Translations under genes and position numbers: made by a program
Notes under the pieces: model-generated
Databases searched by the model: none
Told to the model about the DNA's origin: nothing
The model's input: only the letters and a program-made list of their open reading frames with translations
In this document: positions 14,201 through 28,142 of the stretch, piece after piece
Position numbering within the stretch: position 1 is the first letter of the stretch
Layout: each line of letters starts with the position of its first letter
NCBI GenBank assembly: GCA_965655095.1
Contig: OZ296650.1
Span: 62,868,001-62,932,000 of the forward strand
Reading direction: 5' to 3'
DNA from: Haplodiscus bocki
Lineage: Eukaryota
Length of the DNA: 64,000 bases

Positions 14201-17200
14201 CAAATTCATTTCCACGAAAAACCGTGCTTTCAATTCCTGAGTAGATGCAGGAGAGTCAGGAAAATCACAACTTATCAACCAATGGTTAAAAAACGGTACT
14301 TTCCAACCAGATTTTGGGGAAACTACATTCTTCTATAAACAGTTTTCAGAACATTTACCCCAAAGGGTTATCCAATAAGAATGTGCCCAGTGTGAAGCGA
14401 TGGCTGCCGCGTTTTTTCTACTGGTTCACGAAGGAAACTCATATATTATTCAATTCAACTTCCACCAAACATGGTTACATTTTCAACTAATCAGATTGTG
14501 ACATATTAAGTCGATTCTTGATTCGATTCTAACATTCTGACAGAAATCTTAGTCGATGCACTTTCTACCAAACAGGGTTACATTTCCAACCAATAAGATT
14601 GTGATATGTTAGGTCGATTCATGATTCGATTCCGACATACTAACATAAATATTAGTCAATGCACTTTCCACCAAATAAGGTAACGTTTTCAACCGATCAG
14701 AATGTGACACATCGAGTCGATTCTTGATTCGAATACGACATACTAACATAAGGGAATCGTATCCCTAAAAGGAACGCTGACCTACATTGTTCTTTCTAAA
14801 TAAGGAAGGAAGAAAATGAATGGAGCAAGTTCGAAAAGCGTCATTGGAATCATTATTGGATTTTACAAACTCCCTGAAAGCTGCTCATTCTTTCCAATTT
14901 TATCTATATCCAGTCGATTGGACAAAATTTCTCCTGGAAAATGAATGATAATATGATTGCTTCTCTAGATAAGTTGACTTGAACCGATCTTGTACTTTGG
15001 CAAAAATGAAGACCGTTTTGGCAGATTTTCCTGATCCCAAAAACAAAAGAACGACACCCAATACCTCGAAATTCAACTGAAAGTGTTCAGAAAGGACGAT
15101 AGATGGGAATTTTACAAACATCAACAAACAAACTTGGGAGAATCAGATTCCAAACAACTACAGCTCCGAAATCAAACTGTAGTTGCTGCTGCGGATTTCC
15201 CGAAGGATGAGAATCTGCAAACTATTGTGACGTCACCCCTCTCGAGAGATTCGGATGAACAACTCAAGCATGTTCAGAAGGCTATCACAATTGCGGATAT
15301 ATATAAGAAGAATATAAATGCAACGATGAAGTACTACAGTGGAAAACCAGATGACGCCCACGTGTAGATTCGACTGTTCAAGAACAAAAGTGAAACGGAG
15401 AAGTTTCAACAAGTTGTTATTGTTATCTACAAGCCGGATGAATTGATATATTTGCTTGATGTTATTAAGAATGTCTCTCAGCGAGATTTATCTAATCCGA
15501 GTCTTTGTAACCTTTTGTAATTCAAATGTATCATTGAATCATTTTTTTGACTAGTTAAAGTCAAAATGAGTTGCAACGTAAGAAAGAATAGAATTCTTTG
15601 CTTTGGATTGAGAACAAAATTGGGAATTCATCATGTATAGTTGTCATCCCAAAGCAATGTCCTGAAAAAATTATTCTGACAGTTGGTGATATGCAACAGC
15701 TACCAGAAGTTGATCGCTAAAAAGATTTACCATGTCTATAATGGTTGATTTACAACTGAAGACGGAAAAATGGCATTACTTCCAAAACCGGCATTGATAC
15801 AGTCGAAATCACTATGTAACGATACCGAAACATTATTTATCACAAAGATTCAGACATTAAGCTGAGCGTATTGGAGTACGACCACATTTTAGAGAAAAAG
15901 ATTTACATTGGGTCACCTGGAACCTGTCTCTAAAAAAACTGTAATGGATGAAACAACTCATCACAATTGATTCAACTTCGGTTGAGAATGGACGTATGTT
16001 TTCTGGTTAGAGTTATTCACTTATGCTCGGGAGTGAAAAATTCTTTCTATTTCAAAAAAATACGGCGAGGAAAAATTTGTTCTTGAGTGATTGTCACTGT
16101 TAGGATCCAAAAAGACGCCTGCGGCAGATGGATATTCTGTATGTTCACAGAGGACTTATTGGAAACGGGAACTCAAACACGACACCGTGTTTCGTTTCTC
16201 TAAAGTATTGCGTCTACATGCAGTATTACACGATACCGCGGGTGCCGTTAGTGCAGAGAGAGGAAGGGGACCGGGTTACTACTCTGTGATTGGACGTGGA
16301 CCCAGTTTCTGTTTTTTGGGACACATCACGGGACTTTTCTATTGCTTGAACTTGAAGATATTTGTACCCTCTAATTTCAATCTGTTTGATTGTTGAATAC
16401 AATGATCAGTACGTCAGGAAAAAATGAAAGGATCGTTATGTACGATACTTTTATATACGAGGCGATATTTCTAAAACCCATTCCAACAGACTGATTTCTA
16501 TCTTCACTAGGAATTTAAAAATGTTTCATCAATTCGACTTTTCCTAGAGGTTCCTAGACTATCATTTTTTCTCTTCCTGCATTGAGGGAGATGGCTGATC
16601 AACCAGACAGTATTAACTTAGATTAAAATGTATTCGACGAAAACAATTGAGACCGAAGATCTTGGAATTGTATTGGACATTCTTGTTCGAGATCACTGAA
16701 AGTTCTTTTGTCACATTTTTTTGCTTTACTGCTAATCATTCTGGGAAGCTTCTAAAGAATACACTTAGCTACGTCTTGCGACAAGAAAATGTTTGGGTAG
16801 GAAGTTTATCCAGCGCAGCAGCACATATTATTCACACTCCTAGGCTATGAACAAATTCATTTCCACGAAAAACCGTGCTTTCAATTCCTGAGTAGATGCA
16901 GGAGAGTCAGGAAAATCACAACTTATCAACCAATGGTTAAAAAACGGTACTTTCCAACCAGATTTTGGGGAAACTACATTCTTCTATAAAGTTTTCAGAA
17001 CATTTACCCCAAATGGTTATCCAATAAGAATGTGCGCAGTGTGAAGCGATGGCTGCCGCGTTTTTTCTACGGGTGGACGAAGGAAACTCATATATTATTC
17101 AATTCAACTTCCACCGAACATGGTTACATTTTCAACTAATCAGATTGTGACATATTAAGTCGATTCTTGATTCGATTCTAACATTCTAACAGAAATCTTG

Positions 17201-20200
17201 GTCGATGCACTTTCTACCAAACAGGGTTACATTTCCAACCAATAAGATTGTGATATGTTAGGTCGATTCATGATTCGATTCCGACATACTAACATAAATA
17301 TTAGTCAATGCACTTTCCACCAAATAAGGTAACGTTTTCAACCGATCAGAATGTGACACATCGAGTCGATTCTTGATTCGAATACGACATACTAACATAA
17401 GGGAATCGTATCCCTGAAAGGAACGCTGACACACATTGTTCTTTCTAAATAAGGAAGGAAGAAAATGAATGGAGCAAGTTCGAAAAGCGTCATTGGAATC
17501 ATTATTGGATTTTACAAACTCCCTGAAAGCTGCTCATTCAAATTTTATCTATATCCAGTCGATTGGACAAAATTTCTCCTGGAAACTGAATGATAATATG
17601 ATTGCTTCTCTAGATAAGTTGACTTGAACCGATCTTGTACTTTGGCAAAAATGAAGACCGTTTCGGCAGATTTTCCTGATCCCAAAAACAAAAGAACGAC
17701 ACCCAATACCTCGAAATTCAACTGAAAGTGTTCAGAAAGGACGATAGATGGGAATTTTACAAACATCAACAAACAAACTTGGGAGAATCAGATTCCAAAC
17801 AACTACAGCTCCGAAATCAAACTGTAGTTGCTGCTGCGGATTTCCCGAAGGATGAGAACCTGCAAACTATTGTGACGTCACCCCTCTCGAGAGATTCGGA
17901 TGAACAACTCAAGCATGTTCAGAAGGCTATCACAATTGTGGACATATATAAGAAGAATATAAATGCAACGATGAAGTACTACAGTGGAAAACCAGATGAC
18001 GCCCACGTGTAGATTCGACTATTCAAGAACAAAAGTGAAACGGAGAAGTTTCAACAAGTTGTTATTGTTATCTACAAGCCGGATGAATTTATATATTTGC
18101 TTGATGTTATTAAGAATGTCTCTGAGCGAGGTTTATCTAATCCGAGTCTTTGTAACCTTTTGTAATTCAAATGTAACATTGAATCATTTTTTTGACTAGT
18201 TAAAGTCAAAATGAATTGCAACGTAAGAAAGAATAGAATTCTTTGCTTTGGATTGAGAACAAAATTGGGAATTCACCATGTAATGTTGTCATCCCAAAGC
18301 AATGTCCTGAAAAATATATTCTGACAGTTGGTGATATGCAACAGCTACCAGAAGTTGATCGCTAAAAAGATTTACCATGTCTATAATGGTTGATTTACAA
18401 CTGAAGACGGAAAAATGGCATTACTTCCAAAACCGGCATTGATACAGTCGAAATCACTATGTAACGATACCGAAACATTATTTATCACAAAGATTCAGAC
18501 ATTAAGCTGAGCGTATTGGAGTACGACCACATTTTAGAGAAAAAGATTTACATTGGGTCACCTGGAATCTGTCTCTAAAAAAACTGTAATGGATGAAACA
18601 ACTCATCACAATTGATTCAACTTCGGTTGAGAATGGACGTATGTTTTCTGGTTAGAGTTATTCACTTATGCTCGGGAGTGAAAAATTCTTTCTATTTCAA
18701 AAAAATACGGCGAGGAAAAATTTGTTCTTGAGTGTTTGTCACTGTTAGGATCCAAAAAGCCGCCTGCGGCAGATGGATATTCTGTATGTTCACAGAGGAC
18801 TTATTGGAAACGGGAACTCAAACACGACACCGTGTTTCGTTTCTCTAAAGTATTGCGTCTACATGCAGTATTACACGATACCGCGGGTGCCGTTAGTGCA
18901 GAGAGAGGAAGGGGACCGGGTTACTACTCTGTGATTGGACGTGGACCCAGTTTCTGTTTTTTGGGACACATCACGGGACTTTTCTATTGCTTGAACTTGA
19001 AGATACTTGTACCCTCTAATTTCAATCTGTTTGATTGTTGAATACAATGATCAGTACGTCAGGAAAAAATGAAAGGATCGTTATGTACGATACTTTTATA
19101 TACGAGGCGATATTTCTAAAACCCATTCCAACAGACTGATTTCTATCTTAACTAGGAATTTAAAAATGTTTCATCAATTCGACTTTTCCTAGAGGTTCCT
19201 AGACTATCATTTTTTCTCTTCCTGCATTGAGGGAGATGGCTGATCAACCAGACACTATTAACTTAGATTAAAATGTATTCGACGAAAACAATTGAGACCG
19301 AAGATCTTGGAATTGTATTGGACATTCTTGTTCGAGATCACTGATAGTTCTTTTGTCACATTTTTTTGCTTTACTGCTAATCATTCTGGGAAGCTTCTAA
19401 AGAATACACTTAGCTACGTCTTGCGCCAAGAAAATGTTTGGGTAGGAAGTTTATCCAGCGCAGCAGCACATATTATTCACACTCCTAGGCTATGAACAAA
19501 TTCATTTCCACGAAAACCGTGCTTTCAATTCCTGAGTAGATGCAGGAGAGTCAGGAAAATCACAACTTATCAACCAATGGTTAAAAAACGGTACTTTCCA
19601 ACCAAATTTTGGGGAAACTACATTCTTCTATAAAGTTTTCAGAACATTTACCCCAAATGGTTATCCAATAAGCATGTGCCCAGTGTGAAGCGATGGCTGC
19701 CGCGTTTTTTCTACGGGTTCACGAAGGAAACTCATATATTATTCAATTAAACTTCCACCAAACATGGTTACATTTTCAACTAATCAGATTGTGACATATT
19801 AAGTCGATTCTTGATTCGATTCTAACATTCTAACAGAAATCTTAGTCGATGCACTTTCTACCAAACAGGGTTACATTTCCAACCAATAAGATTGTGATAT
19901 GTTAGGTCGATTCATGATTCGATTCCGACATACTAACATAAATATTAGTCAATGCACTTTCCACCAAATAAGGTAACGTTTTCAACCGATCAGAATGTGA
20001 CACATCGAGTCGATTCTTGATTCGAATACGACATACTAACATAAGGGAATCGTATCCCTGAAAGGAACGCTGACCTACATTGTTCTTTCTAAATAAGGAA
20101 GGAAGAAAATGAATGGAGCAAGTTCGAAAAGCGTCATTGGAATCATTATTGGATTTTACAAACTCCCTGAAAGCTGCTCATTCTTTCCAATTTTATCTAT

Positions 20201-22876
20201 ATCCAGTCGATTGGACAAAATTTCTCCTGGAAAATGAATGATAATATGATTGGTTCTCTAGATAAGTTGACTTGAACCGATCTTGTACTTTGGAAAAAAT
20301 GAAGACCGTTTCGGCAGATTTTCCTGATCCCAAAAACAAAAGAACGACACCCAATACCTCGAAATTCAACTGAAAGTGTTCAGAAAGGACGATAGATGGG
20401 AATTTTACAAACATCAACAAACAAACTTGGGAGAATCAGATTCCAAACAACTACAGCTCCGAAATCAAACTGTAGTCGCTGCTGCGGATTTCCCGAAGGA
20501 TGAGAACCTGCAAACTATTGTGACGTCACCCCTCTCGAGAGATTCGGATGAACAACTCAAGCATGTTCAGAAGGCTATCACAATTGCGGATATATATAAG
20601 AAGAATATAAATGCAACGATGAAGTACTACAGTGGAAAACCAGAGAACGCCCACGTGTAGATTCGACTCTTCAAGAGGAAAAGTGAAACGGAGAAGTTTC
20701 AAAAAGTTGTTATTGTTATCTACAAGCCGGATGAATTGATATATTTGCTTGATGTTATTAAGAATGTCTCTCAGCGAGATTTATCTAATCCGAGTCTTTG
20801 TAACCTTTTGTAATTCAAATGTATCATTGAATCATTTTTTTGACTAGTTAAAGTCAAAATGAGTTGCAACGTAAGAAAGAATAGAATTCTTTGCTTTGGA
20901 TTGAGAACAAAATTGGGAATTCACCATGTAATGTTGTCATCCCAAAGCAATGTCCTGAAAAAATTATTCTGACAGTTGGTGATATGCAACAGCTACCAGA
21001 AGTTGATCGCTAAAAAGATTTACCATGTCTATAATGGTTGATTTACAACTGAAGACGGAAAAATGGCATTACTTCCAAAACCGGCATTGATACAGTCGAA
21101 ATCACTATGTAAAGATACCGAAACATTATTTATCACAAAGATTCAGACATTAAGCTGAGCGTATTGGAGTACGACCACATTTTAGAGAAAAAGATTTACA
21201 TTGGGTCACCTGGAACCTGTCTCTAAAAAAACTGTAATGGATGAAACAACTCATCACAATTGATTCAACTTCGGTTGAGAATGGACGTATGTTTTCTGGT
21301 TAGAGTTATTCACTTATGCTCGGGAGTGAAAAAATCTTTCTATTTCAAAAAAATACGGCGAGGAAAAATTTGTTCTTGAGCGTTTGTCACTGTTAGGATC
21401 CAAAAAGCCGCCTGCGGCAGATGGATATTCTGTATGTTCACAGAGGACTTATTGGAAACGGGAACTCAAACACGACACCGTGTTTCGTTTCTCTAAAGTA
21501 TTGCGTCTACATGCAGTATTACACGATACCGCGGGTGCCGTTAGTGCAGAGAGAGGAAGGGGACCGGGTTACTACTCTGTGATTGGACGTGGACCCAGTT
21601 TCTGTTTTTTGGGACACATCACGGGACTTTTCTATTGCTTGAACTTGAAGATATTTGTACCCTCTAATTTCAATCTGTTTGATTGTTGAATACAATGATC
21701 AGTACGTCAGGAAAAAATGAAAGGATCGTTATGTACGATACTTTTATATACGAGGCGATATTTCTAAAACCCATTCCAACAGACTGATTTCTATCTTCAC
21801 TAGGAATTTAAAAATGTTTCATCAATTCGACTTTTCCTAGAGGTTCCTAGACTATCATTTTTTCTCTTCCTGCATTGAGGGAGATGGCTGATCAACCAGA
21901 CACTATTAACTTAGATTAAAATGTATTCGACGAAAACAATTGAGACCGAAGATCTTGGAATTGTATTGGACATTCTTGTTCGAGATCACTGATAGTTCTT
22001 TTGTCACATTTTTTTGCTTTACTGCTAATCATTCTGGGAAGCTTCTAAAGAATACACTTAGCTACGTCTTGCGACAAGAAAATGTTTGGGTAGGAAGTTT
22101 ATCCAGCGCAGCAGCACATATTATTCACACTCCTAGGCTATGAACAAATTCATTTCCACGAAAAACCGTGTTTTCAATTCCTGAGTAGAAGCAGGAGAGT
22201 CAGGAAAATCACAACTTATCAACCAATGGTTAAAGAACGATACTTTCCAACCAAATTTTGGGGAAACTACATTCTTCTATAAACATTTCCAACCACTTTA
22301 CGATTAGTCGCAACGCAAGATATCGAAAACGAATTTGTTCAGGGTGTGAGCTTCAACTTATTGACTCTCAGGAAAACAATGGATGCAAAAACTTAGTCGA
22401 ACTGGAGACCAGTTTCTATGTGATGAAATCGTCAATTCAGACCAGTCTGAAAATCTAAAACTGCTCAAGTCGCTTTTAATTTCTCCAAATGTATAGCTGA
22501 AAGCAAATACAATCTCTGAGCCAATTGTATTCAAACAGTTCGATTCGTTTTCACTTTCAATCACCTATGAAATTTAATTGGTTGCATCCTAAATCTCATT
22601 CCTTGACGTATATCATCGAAAAAAGTTATTTGTGCAATCATTTGGTTTTCAAAACATTTCCGAATCAACACCTACATTCAACGATTGTTTACATCTCGAA
22701 TCAACTTTTCTCACAACATGATCTTCCAACGGCAAAAAGAACTGGTCGATAGAAATTGGACAGGATTGAGTTTTATCAGAAGAGAAAACCGTTTTGGATG
22801 CAACTCGAAAATTCTATCGATCATCGAGCTGCTTCTGTGGTTGTGGAATGTTCCTGAGAGTCAGAGACTACGATTC

Positions 22877-23407
22877 ATGGACGTAGCCTTAACTGGGGCT
22901 CCACTCACTCAGGCAGAGCAGCAACGACCGACCGAAGTACCTGAGAACTTGCCAGCAATGCAAAGTCCCATTCGAGGTTGGGAAGGACAGGAAAATGTCA
23001 TCGACAATGGCTCCACAGCATACTGTGGTGTGGCAACACTGTCCCCAATGGACACCAGTGGAACAGTAAGATCGTCAGTCTCGCCAAACATCCTCGATCT
23101 AGCCGTTAATCGCTATGTTTTCGACCATCCTGTCTTTGAAGTTGACAAGGGTGAGGAAGTTGATGTGCGCAACAATGATGATGATGACAGCGACGATGAT
23201 TTTGTCGACGATGAAAACAAGGAGATTGTACAGCCTAAAAGGTTAACACCGGAGCAAGAGAGAGACAACCAGGCTCCACGCGTGGAACTACGAAGAAGTA
23301 ACGGTGTGCCCCTTGAAAGAATTGAAAACATTTCGCAATCTGTCATCAAGTCTTTGTTTAAATCATCCAGCAAATGCAGTTCTTTGTGTATTTTCCTTAT
23401 CATCTAA
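22877..23407 (+). CDS. Acidic low-complexity ORF, probably a Maverick accessory protein
   Basis: Open frame MDVALTGAP...NNDDDDSDDDFVDDENKE...RIENISQSVIKSLF, more GC-rich than its flanks and embedded between Maverick segments. No domain recognised. Confidence 0.4.
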   Translation: MDVALTGAPLTQAEQQRPTEVPENLPAMQSPIRGWEGQENVIDNGSTAYCGVATLSPMDTSGTVRSSVSPNILDLAVNRYVFDHPVFEVDKGEEVDVRNNDDDDSDDDFVDDENKEIVQPKRLTPEQERDNQAPRVELRRSNGVPLERIENISQSVIKSLFKSSSKCSSLCIFLII

Positions 23408-26400
23408 ATTGACAGTTTCAAAGATTTCTCTTTCCCTCCATTTTAAGAAGATGCTCATTAGTAAAAGTTGCTTAGACTGGTTTAGTTTTAGCTGGCTTTC
23501 TGTCGGGATATTTGGTACATTAATATTAATTAGAAACACAATTTCGGGACAGAGCGGAAAAACCTCGCTGAAACGTTCGTAATTTTCGTGAGGAATCCTA
23601 TCACGGGTATTGACTCAACGGTGGAGCATGTTATATATTTATTGTAACTCTGCAAGAAGAGGAGACTGTTACATGCAAATGTAGATCTTTTACGAAGGTA
23701 AAAGAAGTGAAAATTCCAGTTGTGGATCGAGAAACTTCAGGAAACTAAAGCCAACAAGGCTATTGAAGTCGGATTTTCAAAACATCTAGCGAAAATTTCA
23801 TATAAAGAAATGACTTTTTGATTTTCTGTGAATAAAAACTGTTGTTGAAAAAAGAGACGAAAAAGTTCGCTGACTGAACGAAGGAGTTGAAAACATTTCC
23901 CAATCTGTAATAAGTTCTTTATTTGAATGAAAATTAGTAAATTTTCGTCGTGTATTTTTTTCATCAGCTGATTTATTCATAGTAAACTAAAAAAAATCAA
24001 CTTTCCAAAATGAAATTTTAGACTATTTCAACTTCTCTTGGCTGTCAACTTTCAGATTTAAAAACGTTTTACTTGACTTTAAATTTTAAGTTTAATGGAC
24101 TGAACTTAAAAAGTTAGGTATGGATTTGAAATTTGAATTAAAATTTGAGTATACGTTCCCGAACTCAAAACATGTCCAGTGATTCGATTTAGAAATCAAC
24201 ACCAGAAAGGTAGGAAAAAAACCTCCACTTACTCAAGCTGCCAACTTTCGGGCTTCAATACATTTTACTGAAATTACAATTTTAAATTCAGGAAACTGAA
24301 CTTGAAACTAAGTTCAGAAATCTCAATTCAAACTTGACTACACGTTCATGAATCAGCTATCCAATCGAAAACTATTCCTTTCAATTATGATCTGCCACCG
24401 TCTTCAAAAAGACATTATTCGCAAGTTTCCATTTTGAAAGAATATAATTTACGCTCATAACTACCATAACCATCAGGGAAAGAGTCGATAATTTTCATGA
24501 AATCAAGCTCAAACTTTGTTCTTCTGACGCGTTCAACTCTCTCCACATAAACTGATCCCTCGTTTGAACTGAAGTTGATTTTCGAATCGATGTCAGCATA
24601 CACTTCCTGAAGTTCTTAAAGAGGAGTCTCTTCTTAGCAATGCTGGGCATTTTGTCCACGCATTTGTTGAGATTGTTGAAAGAAACAGCCCTCTACTCTG
24701 TATCGAAAATTTCTCTAGATTTCACCAACACATGACCGCTGAATCTGTATTTGAATAAAGTGTAAAAACAACCTACTCGTTGAAAGTTGAAGCAGAAGCG
24801 ATCTACTTTCATTATTAAATCAGTCATATCTTCCTCTGCAATCAGTAGAATGTGGTATTGACAATGTTCCAAAGAAAAAATGTAGATTCGTGGGCAGCAA
24901 CGCAATAGTCATGGTTTACTAAGAAGCTTTCATAATTATCTGTCGAAACAAAGAGACAACTTTCCAAAAAAGCTCGGTATTACTTGTAACATGGCAGCAG
25001 CGATTGCGTTCCTTCCAAAATTGAAGAATGATCTTCAAATTATCAAATATGCTTCAGTTTTCAGAATAATTAACCCAAATGGTTATCCAATAAAAATGTG
25101 CCCAGTGTGAAGCGATGGCTGCCGCGTTTTTTCTACTGGTTCACGAAGGAAACTCATATATTATTCAATTCAACTTCCCCCAAACATGGTTACATTTTCA
25201 ACTAATCAGAATGTGACACATCGAGTCGATTCTTGATTCGAATACGACATACTAACATAAGGGAATCGTATCCCTGAAAGGAACGCTGACCTACATTGTT
25301 CTTTCTAAATAAGGAAGGAAGAAAATGAATGGAGCAAGTTCGAAAAGCGTCATTGGAATCATTATTGGATTTTACAAACTCCCTGAAAGCTGCTCATTCT
25401 TTCCAATTTTATCTATATCCAGTCGATTGGACAAAATTTCTCCTGGAAAATGAATGATAATATGATTGCTTCTCTAGATAAGTTGACTTGAACCGATCTT
25501 GTACTTTGGCAAAAATGAAGACCGTTTCGGCAGATTTTCCTGATCCCAAAAACAAAAGAACGACACCCAATACCTCGAAATTCAACTGAAAGTGTTCAGA
25601 AAGGACGATAGATGGGAATTTTACAAACATCAACAAACAAACTTGGGAGAATCAGATTCCAAACAACTACAGCTCCGAAATCAAACTGTAGTTGCTGCTG
25701 CGGATTTCCCGAAGGATCAGAACCTGCAAACTATTGTGACGTCACCCCTCTCGAGAGATTCGGATGAACAATTCAAGCATGTTCAGAAGGCTATCACAAT
25801 TGTGGATATATATAAGAAGAATATAAATGCAACGATGAAGTACTACAGTGGAAAACCAGATGACGCCCACGTGTAGATTCGACTGTTCAAGAACAAAAGT
25901 GAAACGGAGAAGTTTCAACAAGTTGTTATTGTTATCTACAAGCCGGATGAATTTATATATTTGCTTGATGTTATTAAGAATGTCTCTGAGCGAGGTTTAT
26001 CTAATCCGAGTCTTTGTAACCTTTTGTAATTCAAATGTAACATTGAATCATTTTTTTGACTAGTTAAAGTCAAAATGAGTTGCAACGTAAGAAAGAATAG
26101 AATTCTTTGCTTTGGATTGAGAACAAAATTGGGAAATCACCATGTAATGTTGTCATCCCAAAGCAATGTCCTGAAAAAATTATTCTGACAGTTGGTGATA
26201 TGCAACAGCTACCAGAAGTTGATCGCTAAAAAGATTTACCATGTCTATAATGGTTGATTTACAACTGAAGACGGAAAAATGGCATTACTTCCAAAACCGG
26301 CAATGATACAGTCGAAATCACTATGTAACGATACCGAAACATTATTTATCATAAAGATTCAGAGATTAAGCTGAGCGTATTGGAGTACGACCACATTTAA

Positions 26401-27258
26401 GAGAAAAAGATTTACATTGGGTCACTTGGAACCTGTCTCTAAAAAGTTCGAGTGAAAAATTCTTTCTATTTCAAAAAAATACGGCGAGGAAAAATTTGTT
26501 CTGGAGCGTTTGTCACTGTTAGGATCCAAAAAGCTGCCTGCGGCAGATGGATATTCTGTATGCTCACGGAGGACTTATTGGAAACGGGAACTCAAACCTC
26601 GACACCGTCTTTCGTTTCTCTAAAGTATTGCGTCTACATGCAGTATTACACGATACCGCGGGTGCCGTTAGTGCAGAGAGAGGAAGGGGCCGGGTTACTA
26701 CTCAGTGATTGGACGTGGACCCAGTTCCTGTTTTTTGGGACACACATCACGGGACTTTTCTATTGCTTGTACTTGAAGATATTTGTACCCTATTTTCAAT
26801 CTGTTTGATTGTTGACTACAATGATCAGTACGTCAGAAAAATATGAAAGGATCTTTATGTACGATACTTTTATAAACAAAGCAATATTTCTAAAACCTAT
26901 TCCAACTGACTGATTTCTATCTTCATTAGGAATTTAAAATTGTTTCATCAATTCGACTTTTCCTAGAGATTATCATTTTTTCTGTTCCTGCATTGAGGGA
27001 GATGGCTGATCAACCAGACACTATTAACTTAGATGAAAATGTATTCGACGAAAACAATTCAGAACGAAGATCTTGGAATTGTATTGGACATTCTTGTTCG
27101 AGATCACTGATAGTTCCTTTGCCACATTTTTTTTGCTTTACTGCTAATCATTCTGGGAAGCTTCTAAAGAATACACTTAGCTACGTCTTGCGACAAGAAA
27201 ATGTTTGGGCAGGAAATTTATGCAGCACAGCAGCACATATTATTCAAACTCCTAGGCT

Positions 27259-28110
27259 ACGAACAAATTTCCACGAAAAACCGTGTTTTCAATTCCTGAG
27301 AAGAAGCAGGAGAGTCAGGAAAATCACAACTTATCAACCAATGGTTAAAGAACGGTACTTGCCCACCAAATTTTGCGGAAACTAGAGTCTTCCATACACA
27401 TTTCCAACCGCTTTACGATTAGTCGCAACGCAAGATATCGAAAACGAATTTGTTCAGCGTGTGAGCTTCAACTTATTGACTCTCTGGAAAACAATGGAAG
27501 CAAAAACTTAGTCATTTTCGATGACTCCTCAAGAAACTTGTGCTTCGAGAGATTTTGAAGAAACTGCTGTCGCAGGAAGACATCGTGGATTAAGTACAAT
27601 AGACATAAAGCATAACCTTCCATAAGACTAAAATAGGTCGCCACAGCGAGCTGCAAAACACACACATAGTTCTATTCAAATCACCAAGAGATGTTCTACC
27701 ATTTGTCAGGCTCAGTGTTCAATTAGGTCTCGGTTCCTCGCTAGTTGAATGGTATAAAGATGCGACATCTGTTCCGTTTGGTCAATTGTTGATCAACTTG
27801 TCTCTTCAAACAGATAATCGATTAAAATACTGTACAAACAGCGGAAAAAACTCAAAAAGTTTTACATACCGGAACAATTGAACTAAATGGACGATGACCA
27901 CACAAAATCTCTATTCTTCAAGCATTGCAGCACTTCTCCCACAAATCAAAGTAAACTTCTCTATAAATTCGCTGAAAGAGTCCATGCGATTTCCCAGCGA
28001 ATGTATCGTCAACCTGCTTCGCAGAAACTTGCAGGAGTTGAAAAGAGAACAAGCGGTAAATAAGCGAAAACAAATTCACACACTTTCTCTACAAATTCAA
28101 TGCAATTAAT
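27259..28110 (+). pseudogene. Maverick FtsK/HerA (A32-like) DNA-packaging ATPase
   Basis: Walker A remnant AGESGKS, Walker B NLVIFDDS, then AGRHRGLSTIDIKHNL, LQNTHIVLFKSPRD and LGLGSSLVEWYKDATSVPFGQLLINLS across frameshifts. Start codon is mutated to ACG; the 3' end is approximate. Confidence 0.92.
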
Positions 28111-28142
28111 ATAACCATTGGGCATTAATCACCTAAAATGAC

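Larger units (their letters stand above)
1..22398 (+). repeat. Tandem macrosatellite of ~2.65-kb units derived from an internal Maverick/Polinton segment (open at the left window edge)
   Basis: Marker aaaagatttacattgggtcacc recurs at 1, 2652, 5297, 7947, 10599, 13244, 15896, 18541 and 21189 (periods 2645-2652). Units differ only by scattered SNPs and small indels. The same sequence occurs once more inside the Maverick at ~25055-27400. Confidence 0.98.

Noticed and set aside
24040-24360. Diverged ~196-bp tandem dimer
   Set aside because: Similarity is patchy (ctg.caactttc, actgaactt, acgttc) and could not be verified by eye.
24415-24905. Minus-strand ORF pieces as the Maverick protein-primed polymerase
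   Set aside because: No PolB exonuclease or polymerase motifs were seen.
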